Assembly: GCA_903832205.1 (NCBI GenBank)
Contig: CAILAH010000038.1
Location: forward strand, 4,456-68,455
Direction: 5' to 3'
Source of the DNA: an uncultured Candidatus Micrarchaeota archaeon
GTDB taxonomy: Archaea; Micrarchaeota; Micrarchaeia; CAILAH01
Length of the DNA stretch: 64,000 nt
The notes under the pieces are model-generated. The model made no database searches and was not told where the DNA came from. It was given only the letters and a program-made list of their open reading frames with translations. Shown in pieces: positions 7,141 through 16,473 of the stretch; the stretch's first letter is position 1, and each line of letters begins with the position of its first letter. The position numbers and the translations under genes were made by a program.

Positions 7141-9990
7141 ATGGGAAACAAGACAATATTCATCGTTATGATTTTGCTCTTTGCGAGCGCGGCTTTGGCG
7201 GCCGCACTCATCACAGTTCCGGCAAAGAACACCACAGTGTCAACCGTAAAGGTTAGCCCCGCCCCGCTCGTTTTCAACTATTCTGACAATGATGCAATAC
7301 CCTCATTGTATCTCAGCCTAGGCCCAACCACGCCGATTGCAAACAAGAATTTCTCGATAGTGGTCACGGCGACGGATGATAAGGGAGTCAGTGCGATAAG
7401 GCTGCTGCTCTCAAACGGATGGCAGAACTTCTCGTGCAGCAACCAACCAACCTGCATGAAGGAATTCTCTACATACGAGCAGAACATGGGCACATACTAT
7501 TACAAGGCAATGGTTATCGATAATGCACAGAAAGCTGCAGTGGGCTCAATCCCGATTGCGCTAACGCAGAAATGCCTGGAGAACTGGATGAAATACGGCA
7601 GCACCTGCCTGAACACCGACAAGCAGTACACTTCCTATTATGAGGCAAACGGCTGCGCAGTAACCACAACGCCCGCAGACAATGGGACTTATGTCTCATG
7701 CGACTACTGCACACCGAGCTGGCAGCCGCTGCAGAATCCGTGCACCATAAACGATTCGGCATTCACCTCCTACTATGATATATACACCTGCTTTGCGCAG
7801 ACAGGGCTTGTATCAGACAATAATGTCCCGGCCAATCAGTCAACATTCTGCGACTACTGCGTCACTGACATAAAGTCAACTTCATTAGCATGCACAGCCA
7901 ACGACACGCAGTACACGCACTTTTATGACACGAAAGATTGTTTCGGCATAACCGGATTGGTTGCAGACAAGGTCCCCGCGGACCAGCCGATGCCCTGCGA
8001 TTACTGCACGCCTGCACTGGTTGGGCACAATTCCACATGCGCAATTACAGACACTTACACTAAATCATACACAGATTCAAACACCTGCTTTTCGATAACA
8101 AACCTTTCTTCTGACAAGGTTCCTGTAAACGAGACTTTGGGCTGCGACTACTGCGCACCTAACTGGCAGCCGCAGTACACATCGTGCGTTAGCGGCAACA
8201 TGACCAAATATTACGTCGATGCGAACAATTGCTTTGCCATAACCAGTTTGCCATCGGACAACAACAAGCCAGCTAACGAGACAACGGGCTGCTCATCGGC
8301 AGGCCATCTTGAGCCATATATTGTTTTGCCGAATCAGTCAATATTGGTATCTGGCACGACCCTTGTGAACCAATCAAGAAATGTCACGGTAAGGACTGGA
8401 GTCAAATGCGTCGGCGGCCCCTGCAGCAATGTGACTGCGGCGCTTGACCCGCAGTTACAGATTGTTCCGAGAAAATTAAGAACATCGGTGATTACTGCCA
8501 AGCCCGTGGTTATCGACCAGCCGGTGATTACAAACCCGCAGGTGATTATCCTCTCGGCCAACCTGATAAAGAACGTCAATGAAACGCCGAGAATGGTCAT
8601 TGTAGAATTCAAGGATGACGATTTCTCGCTGGATGACAAGGTGCAGGGAAAGAAAGTCAAGGACAACCAGGACAGGACAATAAAAACGCTGAACAGCGAC
8701 GGGGAGAATTTCAAGGTAAAGTACAAGTATTCGCTGGTCAATGCAATGGCTGGTGAGATAAACTCAAAGGGATTGGATAAGCTCCTTAAGGACCCATCCG
8801 TTTCAGCGATTTATGAGGACTTCGTAGGCCAGGGCTCGGTAGCGCAGGGAAAGGAATCGCTCGGGCTCGACCATGTGAATAATTTCGTAATTAACGGGAA
8901 GAACCTCACTGGAAAGAACTATTCCATCTGCCTGATTGATTCGGGAGTGAATTACAACCACGAATCACTGGGCGGCGGCGGATACCCAAACGCAAAAGTC
9001 ATTGGCGGCTGGAATTTCGTGCACAATATCAGCGACGTTTATGACCTGAACGGCCACGGCACCAAGATGTCCGGAATACTTGCAGGCAACGGCACGGTAA
9101 GGGGCGTGGCTCCCGATGCGACTTTGGTAGAGGCCGTAGTATTGAACGAAACCAACTGGTATGTCGGCTCAAAGGCATATGCGGCAATGGACTGGTGCTA
9201 TGCAAACAGGGTACAATACAACATTGCGGCAGTCAGCATGAGCTTTGGGGATTCCATAGAAAATAATCTGACAACCTGCCCGTCGTACTTCAATGCCCCG
9301 CTAAGAAACATGAACCTTGCGGGAATGACTTTGGCCGCAGCTTCGGGCAATGAATGGTTTAACCACGGTATTGCCTATCCTTCGTGCTCGCCCTATGTGA
9401 TTGGCGTGGGCTCCATGGATGACGGCAGGTATTTCGGCACAGGCCTCAACGACACGATAACGAACTTCACGAACATCGGCTTTGGAATGAACTTCCTGCT
9501 TGCTCCCGGAAGGGGCATAGGCACCACTGACAGGGATACGGGGACGTCCTCATGCACGGGAACATCCTGCTCAACGCCATTCGTAGCTGCGGGCGGTTTG
9601 CTGATGAACCAATATTTGACACTGAAATACAACAGGACCATTAACAACCCGAAGATGTTCAACCTGCTCAACTCAACAGGAAGGCAGATCCCGATGGAGG
9701 ACAAGGCCAGGTACAACGGGACATTCACGTTGCCCTATTTTGACGAGGCGCTGATGAGGTTTGAGGTTCCGCAGCATAAGGCGATTGTGTCTATGGTAAA
9801 CACATCAAAGCCGTTCTACACATTGCAGCAGAACCCTGCATCCTGCGGCAATATGGCTGAAAACCAGGTTTGTGAAACCCAATGGAACGTCACGGCAACT
9901 GGGATTGTAGGCACCTATGAGTTCTACACGATATACAATTCGGGCAGCTCAGCGGCGAACACGACCAAGTTCAACGTGACCATTATCTAA
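7141..9990 (+). CDS. Subtilisin-like serine protease (peptidase S8), secreted, with five N-terminal tandem 49-aa Cys-containing repeats
   Basis: Signal/TM MGNKTIFIVMILLFASAALAAA. Repeats begin CDYC(T/A)P…SYYD…C F(A/G/S)ITxL…D(N)KVPAN at 7573-8289. Catalytic motifs are D in CLIDSGVNYNHE, H in LNGHGTKMSGI and S in GTSCSTPFVAAG. Many N-x-S/T sequons. Confidence 0.85.
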   Translation: MGNKTIFIVMILLFASAALAAALITVPAKNTTVSTVKVSPAPLVFNYSDNDAIPSLYLSLGPTTPIANKNFSIVVTATDDKGVSAIRLLLSNGWQNFSCSNQPTCMKEFSTYEQNMGTYYYKAMVIDNAQKAAVGSIPIALTQKCLENWMKYGSTCLNTDKQYTSYYEANGCAVTTTPADNGTYVSCDYCTPSWQPLQNPCTINDSAFTSYYDIYTCFAQTGLVSDNNVPANQSTFCDYCVTDIKSTSLACTANDTQYTHFYDTKDCFGITGLVADKVPADQPMPCDYCTPALVGHNSTCAITDTYTKSYTDSNTCFSITNLSSDKVPVNETLGCDYCAPNWQPQYTSCVSGNMTKYYVDANNCFAITSLPSDNNKPANETTGCSSAGHLEPYIVLPNQSILVSGTTLVNQSRNVTVRTGVKCVGGPCSNVTAALDPQLQIVPRKLRTSVITAKPVVIDQPVITNPQVIILSANLIKNVNETPRMVIVEFKDDDFSLDDKVQGKKVKDNQDRTIKTLNSDGENFKVKYKYSLVNAMAGEINSKGLDKLLKDPSVSAIYEDFVGQGSVAQGKESLGLDHVNNFVINGKNLTGKNYSICLIDSGVNYNHESLGGGGYPNAKVIGGWNFVHNISDVYDLNGHGTKMSGILAGNGTVRGVAPDATLVEAVVLNETNWYVGSKAYAAMDWCYANRVQYNIAAVSMSFGDSIENNLTTCPSYFNAPLRNMNLAGMTLAAASGNEWFNHGIAYPSCSPYVIGVGSMDDGRYFGTGLNDTITNFTNIGFGMNFLLAPGRGIGTTDRDTGTSSCTGTSCSTPFVAAGGLLMNQYLTLKYNRTINNPKMFNLLNSTGRQIPMEDKARYNGTFTLPYFDEALMRFEVPQHKAIVSMVNTSKPFYTLQQNPASCGNMAENQVCETQWNVTATGIVGTYEFYTIYNSGSSAANTTKFNVTII

Positions 9991-10052
9991 TCCTTTATTT
10001 TTTTAAAAACCGAAAGCCCCTGCATGAAAAAATGCAGGGAGAATATTCAAAC
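9991..10052. terminator. Bidirectional terminator region between convergent genes: T-run plus hairpin CCCCTGCATG-AAAAAA-TGCAGGG
   Basis: TTATTTTTTT directly after the subtilase stop. Perfect 8-bp inverted repeat at 10017-10039. Confidence 0.4.
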
Positions 10053-10871
10053 CTAGCGTGACAGCGCCTTTAAAGTCACTTCGAATTCCAGCGTCTTGCC
10101 TGCAAGCGGACCGTTTTCGTCCAGCACTACTGTTTCGTTGTCGGCAGAGGCGACCTTCACAAGGCTCACGGCCCCCGAAGTTGGGTCGGCGATATTATAC
10201 GTGCTGCCCGTTACCACATCAAGCCTGATTAGCAGGGTATCGTTGCTTACGCTCACGACTTCCATCGGGAGGCCGGATTGCGTAAACTTCTGGCCAACGT
10301 CCATTGAAAACATCAGGGTAACGGTGTCGTTGGTGAAATTGTATATGGAAAGGCTGCCCACTGCAGCCGGCAGTGCCTCGCCCGCCTTGATTGTAATGTT
10401 GTCCTTTTCCAAATCGCTCCTGGCGACGTCCTGGAAGCGGGATATGTTATAGTAGCGCGGCACGCTGGCCATCTTCGCAGGGTCGGAGAGGCCGTAGCCG
10501 TCTATCGGCGCTACTGAGAAGTTCTTCGACTCGCCCACTTTCATCCCCACAACACCGTTTACAAATCCCGGAATAATACCATGGTTGGTAAGCAGCGCGA
10601 ATGTAAGGGGCTGGTAGCCCGCATTTGCATTGTAAATTCCCGCGCTCATTGCCACATCGGGCAGGGAAGTGTCCAGCACCTGCCCGTCCACGCGGAGGGT
10701 GTAATCCACCGTGACGTTGTCACCGTACTGTGCGGTGAGTGCGGCGGGCTGCGTTGAATTCTGCGTGGAATTTTGCAGCGGAGTTGTTCCCTGGTTGGTG
10801 CATCCAAAAAGGAGGATGCCGAACATCAGGAATGCGGACAACAGCAGGAATTTTTTCATAAAGATATTCAT
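10053..10871 (-). CDS. FKBP-type peptidyl-prolyl cis-trans isomerase, secreted/lipoprotein-like
   Basis: Signal peptide ending LLFGC. FKBP motifs YTLRVDGQVLDTS, IIPGFVNGVVGMKVGESKNFSVAPIDGYG and C-terminal GPLAGKTLEFEVTLKAL. Confidence 0.7.
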   Translation of the reverse strand: MNIFMKKFLLLSAFLMFGILLFGCTNQGTTPLQNSTQNSTQPAALTAQYGDNVTVDYTLRVDGQVLDTSLPDVAMSAGIYNANAGYQPLTFALLTNHGIIPGFVNGVVGMKVGESKNFSVAPIDGYGLSDPAKMASVPRYYNISRFQDVARSDLEKDNITIKAGEALPAAVGSLSIYNFTNDTVTLMFSMDVGQKFTQSGLPMEVVSVSNDTLLIRLDVVTGSTYNIADPTSGAVSLVKVASADNETVVLDENGPLAGKTLEFEVTLKALSR

Positions 10872-10909
10872 CCAGAAATGGTTTTAAAGTTTCTAAAAAT
10901 CTCCCTCAA

Positions 10910-12421
10910 TCAGTCAATCATTATTTCCCTGCCGGTTTTGGTTTCCTTGACATTGATGAGCAGTGCCAGGGCAGCGCCAATGGCCACGATTATGGAAGAA
11001 ATCACGAAGACCTCACGGTAGGAAAGTATGTCCGCGCGCAATATCATGAGAGGGACAACCTGGCTGAGTACGACAGGGTTGAGGCTGTTTATCACGCTAT
11101 TCTGCGCAATTGCCAGCACGTTTGCGTTTATTGCGCCATTAAGTATGGATGCAAATATGGCAATCCCAAATGCGCCGGCGATGTTCCGCGTCAGCGCCAG
11201 CACGGATGAGGCTTCGCCGACCTCGTCATCCGGCACGGTGGATGCGATGATCGAGGTGCGCTGGGACATCGCGAAGCCCATGCTGAACGCCATGACGAAT
11301 ATGGGTATCATAAAATCCAACGCGGTTGCGCGCGCGTCCATCGCAAACGAGAACATGTAAATGCCGATGGCAGCGCCAAAAGTGCTTATTGCAATTACCA
11401 CGCCGGGCCTGACCCTGCCGATGAGCTGCGCGCCAAGCGGTGCGGCAAGCACCATGCCGAATGCCATGGGCATGAAAAGATAGCCAGTTTCAGTTGATGT
11501 GTAGCCGAGGAAAGATTGGACGAATACAGGCAGGATAAACAGGCAGCCCATCATTCCCATGAACACGACGAAATTATTCGCAAGCGTGGCCGTAAATGCG
11601 CTATGGCTGAAGAATTTGAAATCAACCAGCGGCTCAGGATGCTTCGAGTCTATGAGATAGAACAGATAGCCGAATAGGATTACCGCCGTATAGCAGAGCA
11701 GGCTGTAGGGCGATGTCCAGCCCCATTCCAGCCCCTTATCAAGCACGAGGACAAGGCAGGAAAGCGCAACACCAAGCGTAATCGCGCCCCAAATATCAAA
11801 CTTCTCGGTCTTCTTTTCGGATACGGATTCATTGATGAACAGCATTGCCATGGCCATGCCAAGAAGGCCCACGGGGAGATTAATCAGGAACACCGAGCGC
11901 CAGCCGAACGTGTCAACGAGCGGGCCGCCAATCAACGGGCCGAAAACTGCCGCAGCTGCAAAAGATACTGACCAAATGCCAAGCGCTTCCGCACGCTCCT
12001 TTCCGTTCCTGAACGTCATCACGATAATCGCCATGGCGGTGGGATAATCGGCCGAGCTGGCAATGGCCTGTATTATGCGGAAAACAATCATGGATGACAG
12101 GTCCCAAGACAGGCCCGCAAGCACCGAGCCGATAATGAATATGGTGAAACCTGCCATATACACCTTTTTCCGGCCTATTGTATCTCCAAGCTTGCCCCAC
12201 ACCGGCACGAAAACCGCATTCGCCAGTATGTAGGCGGTGGCAATCCAGCCTGCTTCGGAAATCGTAATGGAAAAATCGCCCATTATTTTGGGGAGCGCAA
12301 GATTCACGATGGTCTGGTCAAGGCGCCCCAAAAAAGTCCCGACTATGACGGTGAGCAGCACGAGCCACTTCAGGGTATCAGCTTTGCTCGGCATCTTTAT
12401 CCCGTTGATTTGTAAACCCAC
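10910..12421 (-). CDS. emrB: MFS drug:H+ antiporter (DHA2/EmrB-QacA family, 14 TM)
   Basis: 503 aa, 14 hydrophobic segments. N-terminal motif LGRLDQTIVNLALPKIMGDF typical of EmrB. Confidence 0.8.
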   Translation of the reverse strand: MGLQINGIKMPSKADTLKWLVLLTVIVGTFLGRLDQTIVNLALPKIMGDFSITISEAGWIATAYILANAVFVPVWGKLGDTIGRKKVYMAGFTIFIIGSVLAGLSWDLSSMIVFRIIQAIASSADYPTAMAIIVMTFRNGKERAEALGIWSVSFAAAAVFGPLIGGPLVDTFGWRSVFLINLPVGLLGMAMAMLFINESVSEKKTEKFDIWGAITLGVALSCLVLVLDKGLEWGWTSPYSLLCYTAVILFGYLFYLIDSKHPEPLVDFKFFSHSAFTATLANNFVVFMGMMGCLFILPVFVQSFLGYTSTETGYLFMPMAFGMVLAAPLGAQLIGRVRPGVVIAISTFGAAIGIYMFSFAMDARATALDFMIPIFVMAFSMGFAMSQRTSIIASTVPDDEVGEASSVLALTRNIAGAFGIAIFASILNGAINANVLAIAQNSVINSLNPVVLSQVVPLMILRADILSYREVFVISSIIVAIGAALALLINVKETKTGREIMID

Positions 12422-13116
12422 ATCTTGGCCGACATGCCGTTTTTAATATCGGGATTGCCCAGGCTGTCAAAGTTGGCCCGCACCTCAAATTCCTGTTCCT
12501 GGCGCTTGTCCGATATGCTGAAAACAATATCCTGCGACCTGGGAGTGGTTCCGACTGATTCGACCGTGCCCTCAAATTGCTTTGAGCCGAACGCATCCAC
12601 AGTGAAAACAACGCGCTGCCCCGGCTTGATATCTGCAAGCCCCTTGTCTTCCGCTATCCTGCCGATTACGCGCAGCTCGCGGGGGTCAAACATCTTTACA
12701 AGCACGTCCTGCGGACCGACAATCTGCCCTGGCGTTTTCTTCACGTATGTAATAATGCCATAGCTCTTGGCCTCAACGTAATTGTCGCCGATCTTGACCA
12801 GCTTTTGGCCCGGCGCCACCTCATCGCCCTCATCAACATAGATATTATCAAGTGTCCCGGATGTTTGCGCGCTGAGCGATATGATGGGCGCGCTTATCTC
12901 GGCTTTTTCAAGGTATATCTTCTGCTGCATGTCCTGCAGGTAGAGCATCCCGCCAATCAGCGCTATAATCAGTATAACCACTAGGGCGTCGAGCAGCCGC
13001 ACGTTCTGATTTCCCATCAGGTTCCTTAGCGACCCTATTCCCAAGCCTTTTTTCGGCTCATCATGCTTTTCAAGCGCTGCCTCAATTTTCTCAAGTTTTG
13101 CCCTATGCTCCACCAT
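12397..13116 (-). CDS. emrA: HlyD/EmrA-family membrane fusion protein
   Basis: Single N-terminal TM, coiled-coil, then a biotinyl-lipoyl-like/β-barrel region. Overlaps emrB start, so translationally coupled. Confidence 0.7.
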   Translation of the reverse strand: MVEHRAKLEKIEAALEKHDEPKKGLGIGSLRNLMGNQNVRLLDALVVILIIALIGGMLYLQDMQQKIYLEKAEISAPIISLSAQTSGTLDNIYVDEGDEVAPGQKLVKIGDNYVEAKSYGIITYVKKTPGQIVGPQDVLVKMFDPRELRVIGRIAEDKGLADIKPGQRVVFTVDAFGSKQFEGTVESVGTTPRSQDIVFSISDKRQEQEFEVRANFDSLGNPDIKNGMSAKMWVYKSTG

Positions 13117-13561
13117 ATTTCTCCCTCAGTATCTTTTCCATAATTGCGTTCACATTCTCAAGCGAATTGCAAAGGTAATCCAATTCATAATCGCTAAGCC
13201 CGGAAATGTTTTTGCGGATTGCTTCCCGGACATTGCGCTTCAGCTGCTTTGTGAAGGCCCTGCCTTTCGGCGTTATCTCAATCATAACGACCCTGTGGTC
13301 CTTCTGGCCCTGCATGTGCCTGACCTTGCCTTCACGCATAAGCTTGCCGACGATTGCAGTCATATTCGGCTTTGAGCGCTGCAGCTGATAGCTCAGCTCG
13401 GTCATGGTCCTTGGCTTGCGCATGAGCATCCAAAGCACCCAGTATTGCGGGTGCAGCGGTGGCGGTTTCATCCCCTGGCTGCCCTTGCATCCCATGAGGC
13501 GGAATACCCTTACCAGTGAGATGAGCCCCTCCGCCACACGCTCGTGTTTAGTCTTTTTCAT
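13103..13561 (-). CDS. MarR-family transcriptional regulator
   Basis: 152 aa wHTH protein. MarR-like recognition helix region PRTMTELSYQLQRSKPNMTAIVGKLMREGKV. First gene of the marR-emrA-emrB operon. Confidence 0.7.
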   Translation of the reverse strand: MKKTKHERVAEGLISLVRVFRLMGCKGSQGMKPPPLHPQYWVLWMLMRKPRTMTELSYQLQRSKPNMTAIVGKLMREGKVRHMQGQKDHRVVMIEITPKGRAFTKQLKRNVREAIRKNISGLSDYELDYLCNSLENVNAIMEKILREKYGGA

Positions 13562-13670
13562 AATCCCTTTCCGCGTTTATTAAAAGCAGTAAATATAAAT
13601 AGTTAACTTTTTTAACCATTTTGCGGGTTTGTGGTTTACATCAGTGAAACGGGGCTAAGTGTAGCCAGCA

Positions 13671-13686
13671 CTTTCCCTTTTTATTT
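13671..13686 (+). promoter_or_regulatory. Putative promoter (BRE/TATA-like CTTTCCCTTTTTATTT) 22-37 nt upstream of Cys-rich gene D; an identical 16-mer recurs at 14192-14207 upstream of gene E
   Basis: Exact 16-nt duplication at equivalent distance from both ATGs. Confidence 0.45.
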
Positions 13687-13707
13687 GTTACGAGTGAATC
13701 AACTGTC

Positions 13708-14190
13708 ATGAGAAAAATGCTCCTTCTTACAATGCTATTGTTTCTTGTTTCTCTTATGCCCCTTGTGTTTTCAGCAACAGAGGTCCATACTGCGTGCTTT
13801 GACGATTACGCATCATGCGCATATTCCTGCTGTGAATCGGCTGGAGGCACATTCAATCGGGAGCAGGGGGAATGCGAATGGAATACTCAGGGCAACATTG
13901 GTAAGTATGATGTGTGTGTGAGCAAGGGATGCACACCAACGCTATTAAAATGCACTAATGCAACTGAGGCGATTATGCAGAAGCATGAGGCCTGCCAGGG
14001 CACATGCGCCTCAGCCGATGAAAGCGCGGCAGGCAGCTGCTACAAAGCGTGCGATGATGAAGCACTGAAGGCACAAACAATCGGAGTTATAACCAAGGCA
14101 GGGAACTGCCCCGGTGCGCTTATACTGCTGTCAGCAGTGCCTTTGCTGTTCCTCACCGCGGGCATGCTGTTCGCAAAAATAGATGCCTAA
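13708..14190 (+). CDS. Small Cys-rich secreted protein, family member D
   Basis: Signal peptide MRKMLLLTMLLFLVSLMPLVFSA. C-terminus is …GNCPGALILLSAVPLLFLTAGMLFAKIDA. Confidence 0.6.
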   Translation: MRKMLLLTMLLFLVSLMPLVFSATEVHTACFDDYASCAYSCCESAGGTFNREQGECEWNTQGNIGKYDVCVSKGCTPTLLKCTNATEAIMQKHEACQGTCASADESAAGSCYKACDDEALKAQTIGVITKAGNCPGALILLSAVPLLFLTAGMLFAKIDA

Positions 14191-14227
14191 CCTTTCCCTT
14201 TTTATTTCTTGCCCCCAAATCATAACC

Positions 14228-14704
14228 ATGAGAAAGATACTTTTGCTTATGGCGCTGCTCCTTGCATTCGGGGCGGCATTTGCGCTTGGTGCAGGCTGCT
14301 CGGAGAAGGCATACGTGGCGGCGTGCTCAGGCTGCTCCTTTGATGCGAACGGCAGGATGGACCAGTCCTGCTCAAGTGCGCAGAGGGCAGGAGGGATTGC
14401 ATGCGTAAGCGCTTCCTATCCGATAATGAGCGCCAAGTATTCCGCGGGCCAATGTCCGGGCGTGGATGCGTGCGCATCAGAGCTATCTTCATGCGTCTCT
14501 TCGGTCTCCTCAGGAAATGACAAGGCGAACTGTGAGGAAGGCAGCGCACATACCTGTTATGCGGCTTCAGACTCGTGCATACAGACCGCTGCAAAGAACT
14601 GCGGCGAGTTTGAGGGGCAGACGTGCTCCGGCTCAAGCGGCCTGATCCTTGCGGTTCTCGGGATAGTGGGAATGGCGTCCTACATTAGGAGCAGGAAAAA
14701 CTAA
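14228..14704 (+). CDS. Small Cys-rich secreted protein, family member E (start moved to internal Met at 14228)
   Basis: Signal peptide MRKILLLMALLLAFGAAFALGAGC. C-terminus is …CSGSSGLILAVLGIVGMASYIRSRKN. The TATA-like 16-mer lies 21 nt upstream of this ATG. Confidence 0.55.
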   Translation: MRKILLLMALLLAFGAAFALGAGCSEKAYVAACSGCSFDANGRMDQSCSSAQRAGGIACVSASYPIMSAKYSAGQCPGVDACASELSSCVSSVSSGNDKANCEEGSAHTCYAASDSCIQTAAKNCGEFEGQTCSGSSGLILAVLGIVGMASYIRSRKN

Positions 14705-14706
14705 AT

Positions 14707-15516
14707 TTAGTCAAGGCTCCACGGGAAGAAGAGCGTGGAGTATTTTTCATTTTCTTTAAGCGCCAATGTATATACGTCCTCATGATGCAGGTTGTAGAGC
14801 AGTATTGCCTTTTCCTCTCCGAGCATTTGCAGCCCATTCACCATTACCGGCGCCATTTCTTCCCTGAAATGCCCAATCAAATTGCAGCACCTGATTATGT
14901 CAAACTTGCCCACGTTAAATTCTGCGTTAAGCGCCCTAATATATTCATCCGGGTTCAGCACGTCAAACGGGAAGAACACAACCTCAGCAAAACCCTCCTT
15001 GACGCGCTCAATGCGCTGCTGCCTTATGTCGCCGCCGAATACAATATGGCCGATGCCGTGTTCAGCACAAATGTGCTGCGCAAGCTCAATGGTTGTGACA
15101 CCGATCACCGATGCGCCGCCGATGTAGCCGCCCACGCCCACATCCAATACATTCAAAGGCCACTTGCCATTGAGATGAGAGAGATATTTCGAAATGATGC
15201 GCTCGGTTGCACGCAGCCTGTGAGGCTCAGTATGCGTATTGGTCGCTTTTGAAAGCAGCTGCACAAGCTGCTCCTGCAGTGCAGGGTCTGCGATAATCTG
15301 CTGCAACAGCTGCGAATATTTGCCGTAGGAATATGATGCTGTATCGCCCAGGAGCCCGTTTACCGCCCTATATACTATAGTTGAGGTCAACTGCTCATCG
15401 TGCAGCCCGTTCATTTTCCTGAACTCGTTAATCCGCCTTTCCAGCTTTAGCCCGTAGTGCGAGCCAATAACGCTTTTGAGCGCTTCCCTTTCCATATCTG
15501 TATCTGCATGCATCAT
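14707..15516 (-). CDS. Class I SAM-dependent methyltransferase-like protein
   Basis: Motif I-like LNVLDVGVGGYIGG. Rossmann-fold spacing of acidic residues. 269 aa. Confidence 0.4.
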   Translation of the reverse strand: MMHADTDMEREALKSVIGSHYGLKLERRINEFRKMNGLHDEQLTSTIVYRAVNGLLGDTASYSYGKYSQLLQQIIADPALQEQLVQLLSKATNTHTEPHRLRATERIISKYLSHLNGKWPLNVLDVGVGGYIGGASVIGVTTIELAQHICAEHGIGHIVFGGDIRQQRIERVKEGFAEVVFFPFDVLNPDEYIRALNAEFNVGKFDIIRCCNLIGHFREEMAPVMVNGLQMLGEEKAILLYNLHHEDVYTLALKENEKYSTLFFPWSLD

Positions 15517-15589
15517 ATTGATTGGGCGTTTTCGGATTAAAATAGGTTGCGGTTGAACCTTTTATTAATTACGGGAGAATTGCATTCGT

Positions 15590-16441
15590 ATGTGTCCAGA
15601 GGCCTACGCACAAAAGCGCAAAGAGGATGAAGAGGAGACTGAAGAGAAGAAAGACAAGAAGAGGCGGGCACGGGAGAAGGTGTTTGAGCAGAAGCGCGAA
15701 TACCATTCGCCGGAAGCAAAGATTGAGACTGCTCCTAGGACAGAAACAAAGGCGCCCCAGGAAGAGCGCAGGCCCACCATTGAGGCGTCAATAAAAACGA
15801 CGGTTCAGGAGAAGGACATCGTTATTGATGACAAGGGCACATTGTCAAAGGACTATTCGGCAAAGGACACGCTCAAGTTCCAGAGGACCGACACGTTCGA
15901 GTCGCAGAGAAAGATTGAGGAGGAGACGAAGAGGAAGGAGGATGAGAACAAGCGCACGGCAAAAGAGAGCGTGGGCCAGCAGCTCAAGATGAAATCAAAA
16001 TCGCCTGAAGAGCTGCAGCGTGAGGAGATGAGAAAGCGCGTGCGCGAAGAGGAGAGGCTGGCGGAAGAGCAGAAGCAGTCAAATGAGCGCGAACGGGCGA
16101 AGAAAGACGTTGTAAGAATAGAAAAGAGGAAGCTGCAGAAGGAGGAAGTGCCGAAGGAGAAGATTGTGATTTCGCACAGGGACAGGGTTGAGGAGCAGAA
16201 GAGGGTGGTGCAGGAGCACATTGACAGGCAGAGAAAGGTTGCAGACCAGAGAACGAGGGAAGTCGAGCAGCTCAAGGAGAACCTCAACAAGAAAAAGAGG
16301 AACGTGAACAGGGAGATTGAGATATTGCAGAAGATACTATTGGGCGGCGCGTTCAGGGGCAGGAGAAAGGGTGCGATTGGAAGGTTCGCAAAATCACTTG
16401 ACGAGTTCGTAAAGTCGCTATCGGCCAAGAAACAGAGATAA
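15590..16441 (+). CDS. Highly charged K/E/R-rich coiled-coil protein
   Basis: More than 45% K, E and R; heptad-like periodicity; no hydrophobic core motifs recognised. Confidence 0.35.
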   Translation: MCPEAYAQKRKEDEEETEEKKDKKRRAREKVFEQKREYHSPEAKIETAPRTETKAPQEERRPTIEASIKTTVQEKDIVIDDKGTLSKDYSAKDTLKFQRTDTFESQRKIEEETKRKEDENKRTAKESVGQQLKMKSKSPEELQREEMRKRVREEERLAEEQKQSNERERAKKDVVRIEKRKLQKEEVPKEKIVISHRDRVEEQKRVVQEHIDRQRKVADQRTREVEQLKENLNKKKRNVNREIEILQKILLGGAFRGRRKGAIGRFAKSLDEFVKSLSAKKQR

Positions 16442-16473
16442 TGCCCCAATGGCGTAATCTATTCCTTAACAAA

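Noticed and set aside
15853-16449. 198-aa minus-strand ORF
   Set aside because: Antisense of the K/E-rich gene. A purine-rich sense strand automatically yields an open Ser/Phe/Leu-rich antisense frame.
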